64,000 nucleotides of DNA from Patescibacteria group bacterium (GCA_028707495.1 JAQWAS010000001.1:48382-112381), one strand, 5' to 3'; shown: positions 1 through 9,072, counted from the stretch's first letter. The notes: generated by a model from the sequence alone, not told the origin. A program made the numbers and translations.

Positions 1-22
1 TACTTTTAATGAATATGAAAGT

Positions 23-223
23 ATGCACCCAGGTGCAAATAAAAAATTTATTAAAGATGCATACAATAAAGTAGTCCAAGATATAGCAAAAAATATTAAT
101 GAAGAAAATAATCTAGTATTTATAAATTTTGCATATAAAATTATAAAAGATACACTTGATTATAAAGATACCGTTTCTGTTTTAGTTAAAATTTTTACAC
201 ATGAAAGTAAAGATAAATCATAA
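23..223 (+). CDS. hypothetical small protein (66 aa)
   Basis: ORF only; no recognisable motif; window edge. Confidence 0.3.
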   Translation: MHPGANKKFIKDAYNKVVQDIAKNINEENNLVFINFAYKIIKDTLDYKDTVSVLVKIFTHESKDKS

Positions 224-270
224 TAAGTTTTAATAATAAAAATATGATAACAAAAAATTAAAATAATTTT

Positions 271-708
271 ATGAAATTGTACAGAGCAACATTAGAAAAA
301 CCAATAGTTTTTTCTGAAAGCATAATTATTACGGCTGAGAATTTAAATTCTATTGATTTTGATAAAGTAATCTATTGTGAAATTAGCCCAAAAGGTGCTA
401 TGGGCAATGAGGGTGGAATTCTAATTTATGTATTGAATAGTGAAGATAATCTGATTACTTATGAGACTAATGTATTTAAAGATCAAGAATCTTTTGATTC
501 TGCAGTAGAACGAATTGAACAAAATTTAGATCTCTTTGTTAATTATAGTGGTGGTTTTGGAAACTATGTTTACATTAAGAAAAATATTGAATTTGAAATT
601 GATGAAAAATATAAATGTTTTTGGTATCATTCTAAAAATACTAAACTAAGGATAGATACTTCTGTTGAGGGGGTTTTTCTTATTGTGTCTGCCGAGATGA
701 CTGGCTAA
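271..708 (+). CDS. hypothetical protein (145 aa)
   Basis: ORF with coding-like composition; no motif recognised. Confidence 0.4.
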   Translation: MKLYRATLEKPIVFSESIIITAENLNSIDFDKVIYCEISPKGAMGNEGGILIYVLNSEDNLITYETNVFKDQESFDSAVERIEQNLDLFVNYSGGFGNYVYIKKNIEFEIDEKYKCFWYHSKNTKLRIDTSVEGVFLIVSAEMTG

Positions 709-721
709 GAATATAAATACT

Positions 722-766
722 AAAATTAATTTCTATGTCCAACTATTTTCCAATATTTAAAAAAAT
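722..766. repeat. 45-bp direct repeat, copy 1 (aaaattaatttctatgtccaactattttccaatatttaaaaaaat)
   Basis: 42/45 identical to 1481-1525; contains a copy of the sppA start codon region. Confidence 0.8.
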
Positions 767-771
767 AAAAT

Positions 772-1311
772 ATGAATCAAAACAAAAACCAAGAAAATAA
801 TTTAGCTTTTATTGACGGACAAAATTTATATATGGGGACAAATTCAGAAGACCCAGAAGATCCAGCTTGGGAGGTTGATCTGGCCAAATTTCGTCAATAT
901 TTAACCAGAAAATATTCTGTTCAAAAAGCATATTATTTTTTAGGTTTTGTGAATGAAGATAATCAAGATTTATATGATCAAATTCAAGAAGCTGGATTTA
1001 TTTTAAAATTTAAGGAGCATAGTTCTGTTATGATGAGTAAGAAAAAAGGCAACGTTGATACGGATATTGTTTTTGATGTGATGAAAAGAATATATAAAAA
1101 AGAACTATTTGATAAAATAGTTCTAGTGACTGGAGACGGAGACTATAAAAAGTTAGTTGATTTTTTGATTGAAGAAAACAGATTTAAAAAGATACTTTTT
1201 CCCAATAAACAGTTTGCGTCATCATTGTATAAAAGTATTACCAGGATATATTTTGATTATATGATTAACTTAAAAAGTATAATTGGACAAAATGAAAAAG
1301 GCGACCTTTGA
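772..1311 (+). CDS. NYN / LabA-like domain protein (predicted RNase fold)
   Basis: N-terminal AFIDGQNLY and VLVTGDGDY motifs typical of the NYN/LabA (DUF88) family. Confidence 0.6.
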   Translation: MNQNKNQENNLAFIDGQNLYMGTNSEDPEDPAWEVDLAKFRQYLTRKYSVQKAYYFLGFVNEDNQDLYDQIQEAGFILKFKEHSSVMMSKKKGNVDTDIVFDVMKRIYKKELFDKIVLVTGDGDYKKLVDFLIEENRFKKILFPNKQFASSLYKSITRIYFDYMINLKSIIGQNEKGDL

Positions 1312-1480
1312 TCTTACGATCGCTGGGAGCCTTTTGTCTTAATAACTTAATTATAGCAAAATATATCTTTCTGTCAACAATTTATTTTTTAGCTTAAATT
1401 AGACTAAATTTGATAAAATTTAATAAAGTTATCCACAATGTCAAATGCTTTAAAATTATTTATTGATGATTATTTTTTAA

Positions 1481-1525
1481 AAAATTAAATTCTATGTCTA
1501 ACTATTTTCCAACATTTAAAAAAAT
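1481..1525. repeat. 45-bp direct repeat, copy 2 (overlaps sppA start)
   Basis: Matches 722-766 with 3 mismatches. Confidence 0.8.
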
Positions 1526-2363
1526 TCTTACTAAAACCTTGGGTTTTAATTTTAAGAAGTTTTTTAAAATTATTTTTATCATAATCATCTTCATCGCCGC
1601 CTATATTATCATTAAAGACGAAGTAAAATATCAATTAGATATAGGCGACGATTATTATGAAAGCGACGACTTATCGTCTGATTGTAATGTGGTTGGTGTC
1701 ATCTTGCATGGCGAGTTGGTGACATATATCGCAGATAGCGATGACTCTGAGAGTAATCAGACGACCTCCGAGAATATTGTTTATACTCTTGAAGATTTAG
1801 CAAAAAACGAGGATGTTAAGGCGATTATTTTAGAAATAGATTCATTGGGTGGAGATCCAGTGGCTGGCGAGGAAGTAGCTAACGCTTTAAAGCGCGTAAC
1901 CAAGCCCACAGTGGCTTTAATTAGGGGATATGGCGATTCAGCCGCTTATTGCGCGGCCACCGGCGCGGATGTGATTTTTGCTTCTAAAAATTCCGATATT
2001 GGCTGTATTGGCGCGACTGCGTCATATTTAGATTATTCTCAACAAAACCAGCAAGAAGGCATTACTTATAATCAGCTCAGCTCAGGCAAATTTAAAGATA
2101 TGTTTGATTATGATAAGCCTTTAACTACCGAAGAGAAGACATTAATTATGCGGGATATAAACATTTTACACGAGAATTTTATTAAAGATGTGGCCGAGAA
2201 TAGACAGATGGATATTGATCAAGTTAGAAAATTAGCTGATGGTTCAAGTATGTTGGGTGAGATGGCTTTAGAAAAAGGCTTGATTGATCAAATAGGCGAT
2301 GAATATGAAGTTAGAAAATATTTAAAAGAAAAATTAGGAGAAGAGATTAAAATCTGTTGGTAA
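1494..2363 (+). CDS. sppA: signal peptide peptidase SppA (S49 family, 36K type)
   Basis: N-terminal TM helix, then S49/ClpP-like core (ILEIDSLGGDPVAGEEVANALKR; GYGDSAAYCAATGADVIFA). Confidence 0.7.
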   Translation: MSNYFPTFKKILTKTLGFNFKKFFKIIFIIIIFIAAYIIIKDEVKYQLDIGDDYYESDDLSSDCNVVGVILHGELVTYIADSDDSESNQTTSENIVYTLEDLAKNEDVKAIILEIDSLGGDPVAGEEVANALKRVTKPTVALIRGYGDSAAYCAATGADVIFASKNSDIGCIGATASYLDYSQQNQQEGITYNQLSSGKFKDMFDYDKPLTTEEKTLIMRDINILHENFIKDVAENRQMDIDQVRKLADGSSMLGEMALEKGLIDQIGDEYEVRKYLKEKLGEEIKICW

Positions 2364-2372
2364 TTTTTAATT

Positions 2373-2543
2373 ATGAAAAAAAGAAAAATACTATCTTTTA
2401 TTTTAGCAATATTTGCCATTTTATTCGGGATTTTTATGTTTATATACGGTGGGCATGATGATAGTCCTGGCGGGCAGTTGTTGGGCGTGATAATCTGTGT
2501 TTTGGGTTTGATGGGTTTATTAAAAAATTTTAAAAGATCGTAG
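2373..2543 (+). CDS. small membrane protein (56 aa); not in ORF track
   Basis: ATG 2373 to TAG 2541; MKKRKILSFILAIFAILFGIFMFIYGG..VIICVLGLMGLL has two hydrophobic helices; followed by terminator hairpin. Confidence 0.3.
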   Translation: MKKRKILSFILAIFAILFGIFMFIYGGHDDSPGGQLLGVIICVLGLMGLLKNFKRS

Positions 2544-2561
2544 TTTTTTCCATAAAAAAAT

Positions 2562-2593
2562 AAGCCAGCACATTGCATTGCGCTGGCTTTTTA
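2562..2593. terminator. bidirectional rho-independent terminator (agccagc..gctggct + T-run)
   Basis: 7-bp stem plus TTTTT between convergent genes. Confidence 0.5.
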
Positions 2594-2596
2594 GTG

Positions 2597-3076
2597 TTAT
2601 AGTGGTAAGCCGTTGGTGGCCAAGCTTTGATTTTTGTAAGCCGGGTCATCGGTTACCTGCTTAACAAAAACATCTGAAATGCATTGGGGCATTTGTGGAC
2701 TGGTGTCTTCTGATGGTAATTCTACCTCGGCGATGACAAGATCCTCAAGAAGAGCACCCTGATATTCGTCGATCTCCCAAGTTAGCCCGTCGTCACCCTG
2801 AATTTTGTATCGATATTTAACGAGACGACTGCTAGATGAGAGGTTTTCGAGAATTTCGTAAACCTCATAAGGAATTTCGATTTCTGTTTCTGTCCGTGTT
2901 AATCCCGAGCCGGTTTTTTGGGTTAACATAAACTTTTTCCCCTTGGCTCGGATGCGGATTTCAGGGTCGCCAGTCAGAAGATACTCTTGAACAATAAGAA
3001 TTGCATTGTCATTTTCGAGGCCTGGTGGCAAACCTCTCAACAGAAATTTTCTTTCAATTTCTTGATTTTTTGGCAT
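2597..3076 (-). CDS. CYTH-domain protein (triphosphate tunnel metalloenzyme family)
   Basis: Starts EIERKFLL, the hallmark CYTH N-terminal motif; size 159 aa. Confidence 0.65.
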   Translation of the reverse strand: MPKNQEIERKFLLRGLPPGLENDNAILIVQEYLLTGDPEIRIRAKGKKFMLTQKTGSGLTRTETEIEIPYEVYEILENLSSSSRLVKYRYKIQGDDGLTWEIDEYQGALLEDLVIAEVELPSEDTSPQMPQCISDVFVKQVTDDPAYKNQSLATNGLPL

Positions 3077-3162
3077 TTTTCCTCCTTGGGTTGAAAATTT
3101 TTAAAAAACACAAACTGTTTTTTAATATACTAGTTTATTTTAAAAAAAATGTCAAGGGTTGT

Positions 3163-4395
3163 TTATTTTTCCGATAATTGTATTTTATTTTTGATTTCAG
3201 AAGCTTCAACCGTATATTGATTGCGTGGATTCCACAAGATCCAGCCATTAGTGTTGTTTTCATCGCAAGCCTTAATTTGCGCATCAATCATCTTGGCGGT
3301 GTAATTGGCACCCATATCAAAATCTTGCAACCAGGGACGAGTACTGGCCGGATTGGCTAAATTAGAATTTTGAACAATTTGATTACCCTCAATTAGACTG
3401 TCATTAACTATTTCATAAGGATGAGCGGCTGGATTAGAATAACCCAAATAGCCATTAGGATAATGCGATGGATAAACCATCGGTGAAATATAATCAAAAT
3501 AGGGGAGCGCATCAATTAAGCGTTGGCCAATACCTAAGTCATATTCTGGGTCAGCCCAATTTTTATAAGTTAAACCAAACAAATCAAGAGAGATTGGTTG
3601 TTTGTAAGAACTTAATTCGGTTTTTAGATATTTAAAAAATTCGTTTAAAACTTGATAACGTTTGCGATTATCAGAAAGTTGATGATAGTCTATATTATTA
3701 ATATTACCATCAGAAGGAAAGCGAATATAATCAAATTGAACTTCATCAAAGCCCAAATCAAAAGCTTCTTTAGCTTGATTTACTGGTAATTGCCAAACTT
3801 GAGGATTAGTCATATCTAGCCAGGCATGTCCACCATAGTCACGCCATAAACGTCCATTTTTGGCCTTTAAGGCGTATTGAGGTAAGACTTCGGCGATAGT
3901 GTTATCTTGAAAGGTGACTATTCGGGCAATGGTATAAATATCCTTATCTTGTAAATCTTTTAAAATATTTTTAACATCCTGATTGCTAATGGCGGTGGGA
4001 GAGATGGGTTGATTTTTTAAAATTTCAGATTGCGGATAAAAAATAAATTTATTATTTGGATCTTTAACATCAATCACGAGTGAATTTAATTCAGAGGTTT
4101 CGACTAGGTCGATTAAGTTTTGTCTTAGATCTGAATGAGTAAAGGAATAACCGGTCATATAGATAGCTTTGACTTTTTGGGGTGTAGGTAAAAATAAATT
4201 TTCCGCCGGAGCGGAATTTTCTGCTGGCGAGGCGATTAAAAAATTATTATTTTCAACAATGAGTGATTCGCTGGAATTAATTATAGGAGTTGTTTTAAAT
4301 CTTATAATTTTAAAATATAAATTTAATAAAATAACTCCACCGCCGACAACAGCACATAAAATTATAAAAAACCAAGATAATGATATTTTTTTCAT
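3163..4395 (-). CDS. membrane-anchored putative glycoside-hydrolase-like protein (GHL/DUF4015-like)
   Basis: N-terminal TM anchor; TIM-barrel-like pattern with many aromatic/acidic residues (YIRFPSDG, WLDMTNP); assignment tentative. Confidence 0.35.
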   Translation of the reverse strand: MKKISLSWFFIILCAVVGGGVILLNLYFKIIRFKTTPIINSSESLIVENNNFLIASPAENSAPAENLFLPTPQKVKAIYMTGYSFTHSDLRQNLIDLVETSELNSLVIDVKDPNNKFIFYPQSEILKNQPISPTAISNQDVKNILKDLQDKDIYTIARIVTFQDNTIAEVLPQYALKAKNGRLWRDYGGHAWLDMTNPQVWQLPVNQAKEAFDLGFDEVQFDYIRFPSDGNINNIDYHQLSDNRKRYQVLNEFFKYLKTELSSYKQPISLDLFGLTYKNWADPEYDLGIGQRLIDALPYFDYISPMVYPSHYPNGYLGYSNPAAHPYEIVNDSLIEGNQIVQNSNLANPASTRPWLQDFDMGANYTAKMIDAQIKACDENNTNGWILWNPRNQYTVEASEIKNKIQLSEK

Positions 4396-4600
4396 AACTA
4401 ATTTTAAAAATAGTTAATGTATTATAGCATAAAAATCTTAATAAAAAAATATCAACAGTTGGGCTATTGCTTATTTTTTAAAACTATGCTAAGATATTAA
4501 AGCAAGTATTTTTCTATGCTTCTTACACAGTTTTAATGTGTGAGTCAAGAAAAGCCAAAGGGTCGACTTGCGTATTTAAATTGTGTAAACATTAGTTACT

Positions 4601-4858
4601 ATGGCAAAGAAATTATATGTTGGTGGAATCTCTTATTCAGCTACAGACGATAGCTTGAAAAATCATTTTTCTCAAGCTGGAACAGTTGAATCAGCCACCA
4701 TTATTATTGACAAAATGTCAGGCCGTTCAAAAGGTTTTGGTTTTGTCGAAATGTCAACCGAAGAAGAAGCTCAGAAAGCAATTGAAATGTTTAATGGTCA
4801 GGACATGGATGGACGTACCATTAAAGTCAATGAAGCTCGTCCACGCGAAGAACGCTAG
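4601..4858 (+). CDS. RNA-binding protein, RRM domain
   Basis: RNP2 KLYVGGIS and RNP1 KGFGFVEM motifs; 85 aa. Confidence 0.85.
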   Translation: MAKKLYVGGISYSATDDSLKNHFSQAGTVESATIIIDKMSGRSKGFGFVEMSTEEEAQKAIEMFNGQDMDGRTIKVNEARPREER

Positions 4859-4890
4859 ATTTTAAAGCATTTATAAAATAATGTTTTTAC

Positions 4891-4924
4891 AAAAGACGAT
4901 TCATAGAATCGTCTTTTGGTTTTA
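4891..4924 (+). terminator. rho-independent terminator (aagacgattc-ata-gaatcgtctt + TTTTGGTTTT)
   Basis: Perfect 10-bp stem followed by T-rich tract, immediately after RRM gene. Confidence 0.75.
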
Positions 4925-4974
4925 AAGCAAAAACTTGATATAATAAAGAATAAAGATAATTAATTTATAAATCT

Positions 4975-5490
4975 ATGCGCATAGCTATTATTTCAGATAC
5001 TCATGATAATTTAGTTAATATTAAAAAATGTTTTGAGTGGCTTAAGCAACATGATATTAAAAATGTAATTCATTGCGGTGATGTGTGTGCGCCAGCGGTT
5101 ATAAAATTTATAATAGAAGATTGTCAATTCGACGGTCGATTGGATTTGGTTTTTGGTAATGTTGATGGCGATGAATTTAGAATAACCAATTTAGCACAGC
5201 GCTATGAAGATAAATTTAAAATTCACGGTGAATTAGGTAAAATAGAACTAGACAATCAAAAAATAGCTTTTTGCCATATGCCAGACTTTGCCAAGGCTTT
5301 GGCTCAGACAGGAGATTATAATTTGGTTTTTTATGGCCACACTCATAAACCCTGGGAGGAAAAAATTAATAATTGTTTATTGTTAAATCCTGGTACTTTG
5401 GCAGGCATGTTTTATAAGGCTAGTTTCGCTATTTATGACACACAAACAGGTCAGGCCGAATTAAAAATTTTAGAACAATTAAATTTTTAA
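4975..5490 (+). CDS. metallophosphoesterase, YfcE/MJ0936 family
   Basis: MRIAIISDTHDN, GDV, GNVDG, GHTH metal-ligand motifs. Confidence 0.7.
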   Translation: MRIAIISDTHDNLVNIKKCFEWLKQHDIKNVIHCGDVCAPAVIKFIIEDCQFDGRLDLVFGNVDGDEFRITNLAQRYEDKFKIHGELGKIELDNQKIAFCHMPDFAKALAQTGDYNLVFYGHTHKPWEEKINNCLLLNPGTLAGMFYKASFAIYDTQTGQAELKILEQLNF

Positions 5491-5650
5491 TCTAGAGTCA
5501 TTTTACATAAATTAAATAAATTTTTTAAAACGTTCTATTCAAATTTAATTTTTTAAGTAAGACATCTAACTTGGGTGTTATTTTTTTGTCTTGATAAATT
5601 TTTTTAGATAAGTTAAAATATAGTATTATCAATTTAAATTAACTAAATAT

Positions 5651-6604
5651 ATGACCGTTAAACAAATTTACGATTTAGCTATTAAGGAAGGAATTCGAGC
5701 TGATTTTCGTGGTCAAAAAGATATTCAAGAAATGCTACGACGTTTAAAGAGTCGATATAGTAAAATGTCAGTTAGACAAAAACAGGAATTTGATCAAGAA
5801 AGATTAGTTAATCCTTTTTCAGATACACGGATTTTAAATGACAATGGCAAACAAATTAAGAAAATTTTAACTGGCATTGATATGGATGTGGCAGAATTAA
5901 TGTTAGCTGATAAGTTGGGCGATATTGATTTGGTTTTAGCTCATCATCCCCAGGGTAAGGCTTTGGCTTGTTTAGATGATGTGATGCGTTTGCAGGCTGA
6001 TGTGATGAGTCAATATGGTGTGCCAATTAACATTGCTGAAGCTTTAATTACTGAAAGATTAGAAGAAGTTGGTAGGGGCATATCAGCTGTTAATCATAAT
6101 CGAGCGGTGGATATGGCAAAAATGTTGCATATAAATTATATGTGCGTACATACGCCTTGTGACAATTTAGTGGCTAATTTTTTAGATAAATTAATTGCTA
6201 AAAATAAACCAACTTATGTTGAAGATTTAATCGATTTACTTAAAGAAGTTCCAGAGTATAAACAAGCTATTCAAATCGGAGCTGGTCCAAAATTATTTAG
6301 TGGAAAAATGGGTAACCGTACCGGTAAAATCGGTTTATTAGAGATTACGGGTGGTACTGAAAGTTCACCCAAAGTTTATACTAAATTAGCTCAAGCTGGG
6401 GTAGGCACGGTAGTCGGTATGCACATTGGCGAGGAGCATCGTAAAGAAGCCTACAAAGCTCATATTAATGTGGTTATCGCTGGTCATATCGCTTCAGATT
6501 CAATTGGGATGAATTTATTTTTAGATCAATTAGAGCAAAAAGGTATTGAAATTATTCCAGTTTCTGGTTTGATTCGGGTTAAGCGTTTTAAGTTAAAAAA
6601 ATAA
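5651..6604 (+). CDS. NIF3 / YqfO-like dinuclear metal centre protein
   Basis: LVLAHHP, CVHTPCDN and IAGHIASDSIG align with the HHP / H..D / GHxxTE motifs of NIF3. Confidence 0.5.
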   Translation: MTVKQIYDLAIKEGIRADFRGQKDIQEMLRRLKSRYSKMSVRQKQEFDQERLVNPFSDTRILNDNGKQIKKILTGIDMDVAELMLADKLGDIDLVLAHHPQGKALACLDDVMRLQADVMSQYGVPINIAEALITERLEEVGRGISAVNHNRAVDMAKMLHINYMCVHTPCDNLVANFLDKLIAKNKPTYVEDLIDLLKEVPEYKQAIQIGAGPKLFSGKMGNRTGKIGLLEITGGTESSPKVYTKLAQAGVGTVVGMHIGEEHRKEAYKAHINVVIAGHIASDSIGMNLFLDQLEQKGIEIIPVSGLIRVKRFKLKK

Positions 6605-6619
6605 AATTATATACAGGTT

Positions 6620-7678
6620 ATGAAAAAAGTTAAACTTTTACCCTTTATTTTTTCAACGGTTATTGGAATTTTTTTATTTGTTTTTATTTTAATTAAAATT
6701 GGCGCTGGCAACATTATTGACACGTTGACTTTATTAAAGCCTATCCCTGCCTTATCAGCGGGTATCGTTTTTTTTATTATGGTGTGTTTGCAGAGTTTAC
6801 GTTGGAAAATAATTCTAAAAAATATGGGTTACCTTGTTAGTTTTGGAAAAATTTTTATGGCAAGAACATCTGGTTTTTCGGTTTCATATTTAACTCCCAT
6901 GAGTTTTTTTGGCGGTGAACCTTGGCGAGCTTATTTTTTAAAGCAAGAAGAGGGGATAGCTATTCATCAAAGTTTAAGCTCAATTTTTATTGAAAAAATT
7001 ATCGATTTATTAATGGGAGCTTTGTTATTTTTAATTTCTTTTTTTTATTTAATTACTCGACCCATTTCAGCCCAATTATTAATTATTAGTATTTTAATTT
7101 TAGCTGGCATCGTAGCTGTTGTTTTCTGGTTTTTTAAAAGTTTAAAAAATAGAAAAAGATTTATTAGTAAATTTACCAAATTAATTGGCTTGCACAAAAT
7201 TAAATATATTCAGGAGCGGAGTGATCGTTTACAACGCATCGAAGAAAATTTAAGTAATTTTTTTTGGCACCAAAGGAAAAATTTAATTGTCGTTTTTTTA
7301 ATTATGACTTTAGAAATAGTTTTATCTTTGATTTTATTTAAAATAATAATTTTAGCTCTCGGTTATGATTTAAATGTGATGCAATTAATTTTTTTACGTG
7401 CCATGACTATGGCGGCGACTTTAGTGCCAATTCCGGCAGCCTTAGGTATTTCTGAGGGGGGTAATATTTTGGCTTTTATCATTTTTGGAGTTAGCGCTTC
7501 GGTCGGTATGGCCTTTAGTTTATTAACTCGTTGTTTTTTTGTTATCGAAGTTATCATTGGTTTAATTTTCTTATCGCATTTTGGAATTAAATTAATTAAA
7601 AATTTATTTATTAAAATGTTTAATAATGGCAATGGCAACGGTAATGGTAACAATGGTAATGAAGACAGTAAGATTTAG
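6620..7678 (+). CDS. flippase-like membrane protein (UPF0104 / lysylphosphatidylglycerol synthase TM-region family), C-terminal NG repeat
   Basis: About 8 TM helices; typical MKK..LLPF start; C-terminus NGNGNGNGNNGN. Confidence 0.5.
   Translation: MKKVKLLPFIFSTVIGIFLFVFILIKIGAGNIIDTLTLLKPIPALSAGIVFFIMVCLQSLRWKIILKNMGYLVSFGKIFMARTSGFSVSYLTPMSFFGGEPWRAYFLKQEEGIAIHQSLSSIFIEKIIDLLMGALLFLISFFYLITRPISAQLLIISILILAGIVAVVFWFFKSLKNRKRFISKFTKLIGLHKIKYIQERSDRLQRIEENLSNFFWHQRKNLIVVFLIMTLEIVLSLILFKIIILALGYDLNVMQLIFLRAMTMAATLVPIPAALGISEGGNILAFIIFGVSASVGMAFSLLTRCFFVIEVIIGLIFLSHFGIKLIKNLFIKMFNNGNGNGNGNNGNEDSKI
7624..7660 (+). repeat. hexanucleotide microsatellite (aatggc/aatggt x6) encoding (NG)n tail
   Basis: Tandem aatggc aatggc aacggt aatggt aacaat ggtaat. 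Confidence 0.7.
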
Positions 7679-7702
7679 TTATTAAAAATTTTTTTAAAAA
7701 TA

Positions 7703-7728
7703 AAATCCGTAGATAGCGGATTTTTTTA
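7703..7728 (+). terminator. rho-independent terminator (aaatccg..cggattt + T7)
   Basis: 7-bp stem plus TTTTTTT after flippase-like gene. Confidence 0.55.
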
Positions 7729-7756
7729 TATAGTTATTTTTGTAAAAAGCTTTAAA

Positions 7757-8170
7757 GTTAAGAATATAATTGAAGCGTTGATTTACGGGATTGCCACCTG
7801 CCTGCGGCGGGCAGGCGTCGTCGTCTGCCGAGTCGGCAGACTCCTCCTCGCAATGACACATACCTAAAGTGTCATACTGAACTTGTTTCAGCATCTGTTA
7901 GCGCCTAAAATGTTGATTCTTAAAAAATGTTTTTTTTCGACTACAGATCCTGAAATAAATTCAGGATGACAGAATAAATGTCATGCTGAACTCTAGTCCG
8001 CCAAATCGGAGGATGTTTCAGCATCTGTTAACAAAAGAAGTGTTATGCTGAACTTGTTTCAGCATCTGTAGTTGAGTTAAAATTTGTTATTTTAAATAGA
8101 CGTCATGAGTGTTTACAGATCCTGAAATAAATTCAGGATGACAATACAAAAATTCAGGATGACATCGATA
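7757..8170. repeat. hairpin-dense GC-rich repeat mosaic, left copy (core about 7794-7971)
   Basis: About 180-bp core about 97% identical to 17993-18169; contains nested perfect hairpins (gcctgc..gcaggc; ctgccga..tcggcag; atgacac..gtgtcat; atgctgaa..ttcagcat x3; atcctgaa..ttcaggat x2). Confidence 0.8.
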
Positions 8171-8176
8171 ATCAAC

Positions 8177-8210
8177 AAAAAGTGCAATATGTGTGTACAC
8201 ATTACCAATA
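8177..8210. mobile_element. solo IS-end remnant (matches terminus of IS at 51118-51153)
   Basis: caaaaagtgcaatatgtgtgtacacattacc is identical over 31 bp to the transposase-proximal end of the IS481-family element. Confidence 0.45.
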
Positions 8211-8214
8211 TACC

Positions 8215-8243
8215 TTGACAAGAAATTTAATTTATGCTAGTAT
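8215..8243 (+). promoter_or_regulatory. sigma70-type promoter TTGACA-N17-TAGTAT (promoter module copy 1)
   Basis: Consensus -35, 17-bp spacer, -10; same module at 38409, 51167, 52130. Confidence 0.55.
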
Positions 8244-8306
8244 ATAGATAGATAATAATTATGGTTCTTTAATATCATATTTAATTGCGAAAAGAACAGA
8301 CTGTTA

Positions 8307-9062
8307 ATGCGGTTGGTTGGTTATCTGACTGATTGCCTTAGTGGTCTACTCTTTTCGCAATTATTTACAAAACAAATTTTCCTAAAGGAGGAAAAAGTGG
8401 AAGCTAAAAAAATCCTAAGAATCATGATTAAAGTAGCTTTGATCGCTATGATTGCCTTTACTTTGTTTTGGGGTGCTTGGTATTTGATTACCGGTAGCAT
8501 ACCTTCGGTCGAAACTATCAAGATGACGGAAGGCTGGAGTATCATTCTGCCCTTTGCCATTCCGCGCTGGACTGACATTCCCCTAGCCGGCATATTTGCT
8601 TGTTTATTAGTTCTGTTGTTTACTAATAAGGGATGGCACAAGCGTTACGCCGACGAAATCGAATGGGAATATGATTATGTGGTCACTCTGTACGTAGGGT
8701 TTCTTTACGGGATAATTGTCGGGCTGGGTGCTGGGCTAATTTGCAGTGCGTGTGATTTAGGTGCCGGGCTAGGCGTCGGATTACTTTGCGGACTAGCTGT
8801 CGGCCTATTTTGGGGACCAGTTGGCGGGCTAGGCTTCAGCCTAGCTTGTATGCTAGGCATCGGTCTAAATATAGGGTTGTTTTACATGCCAGCCTTGGTT
8901 CCAGTTGCCGGGTTGGGTTTTGGGATAGGTGTCGGGCTAAAATATCTTTTTACTAGAGAATTCTGCAAGAAAATCGGTCATTTTATTGAAGGAGTCTACA
9001 AAAAGATCAGTCGTTTTATTGTAGAATCTAGTAAAAAGATTGGCTCTTGGATAACAAAATAA
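8307..9062 (+). CDS. glycine-zipper membrane protein (GxxxG repeats); alternative start GTG 8397 with strong SD
   Basis: Repeats GAGLGVGLLCGLAVGLFWGPVGGLGFSL; aaaggagg SD 8 nt before in-frame GTG at 8397. Confidence 0.5.
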   Translation: MRLVGYLTDCLSGLLFSQLFTKQIFLKEEKVEAKKILRIMIKVALIAMIAFTLFWGAWYLITGSIPSVETIKMTEGWSIILPFAIPRWTDIPLAGIFACLLVLLFTNKGWHKRYADEIEWEYDYVVTLYVGFLYGIIVGLGAGLICSACDLGAGLGVGLLCGLAVGLFWGPVGGLGFSLACMLGIGLNIGLFYMPALVPVAGLGFGIGVGLKYLFTREFCKKIGHFIEGVYKKISRFIVESSKKIGSWITK

Positions 9063-9072
9063 CAACGATTTT

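Noticed and set aside
2288-2578. 96-aa minus-strand ORF overlapping the sppA 3' end
   Set aside because: Overlaps sppA antisense and a more plausible plus-strand 56-aa membrane ORF (2373-2543); Pro/Cys-rich low-complexity translation.
7694-7894. 66-aa minus-strand ORFs at 7694-7894 and 17794-17994 sharing NPVNQRFN(Y/C)ILNFK
   Set aside because: Similarity is confined to the nucleotide repeat module (aattgaagcgttgatttacgggattg) and the flanking 'protein' sequence is unrelated. These are read-through artefacts of the repeat, not conserved genes.
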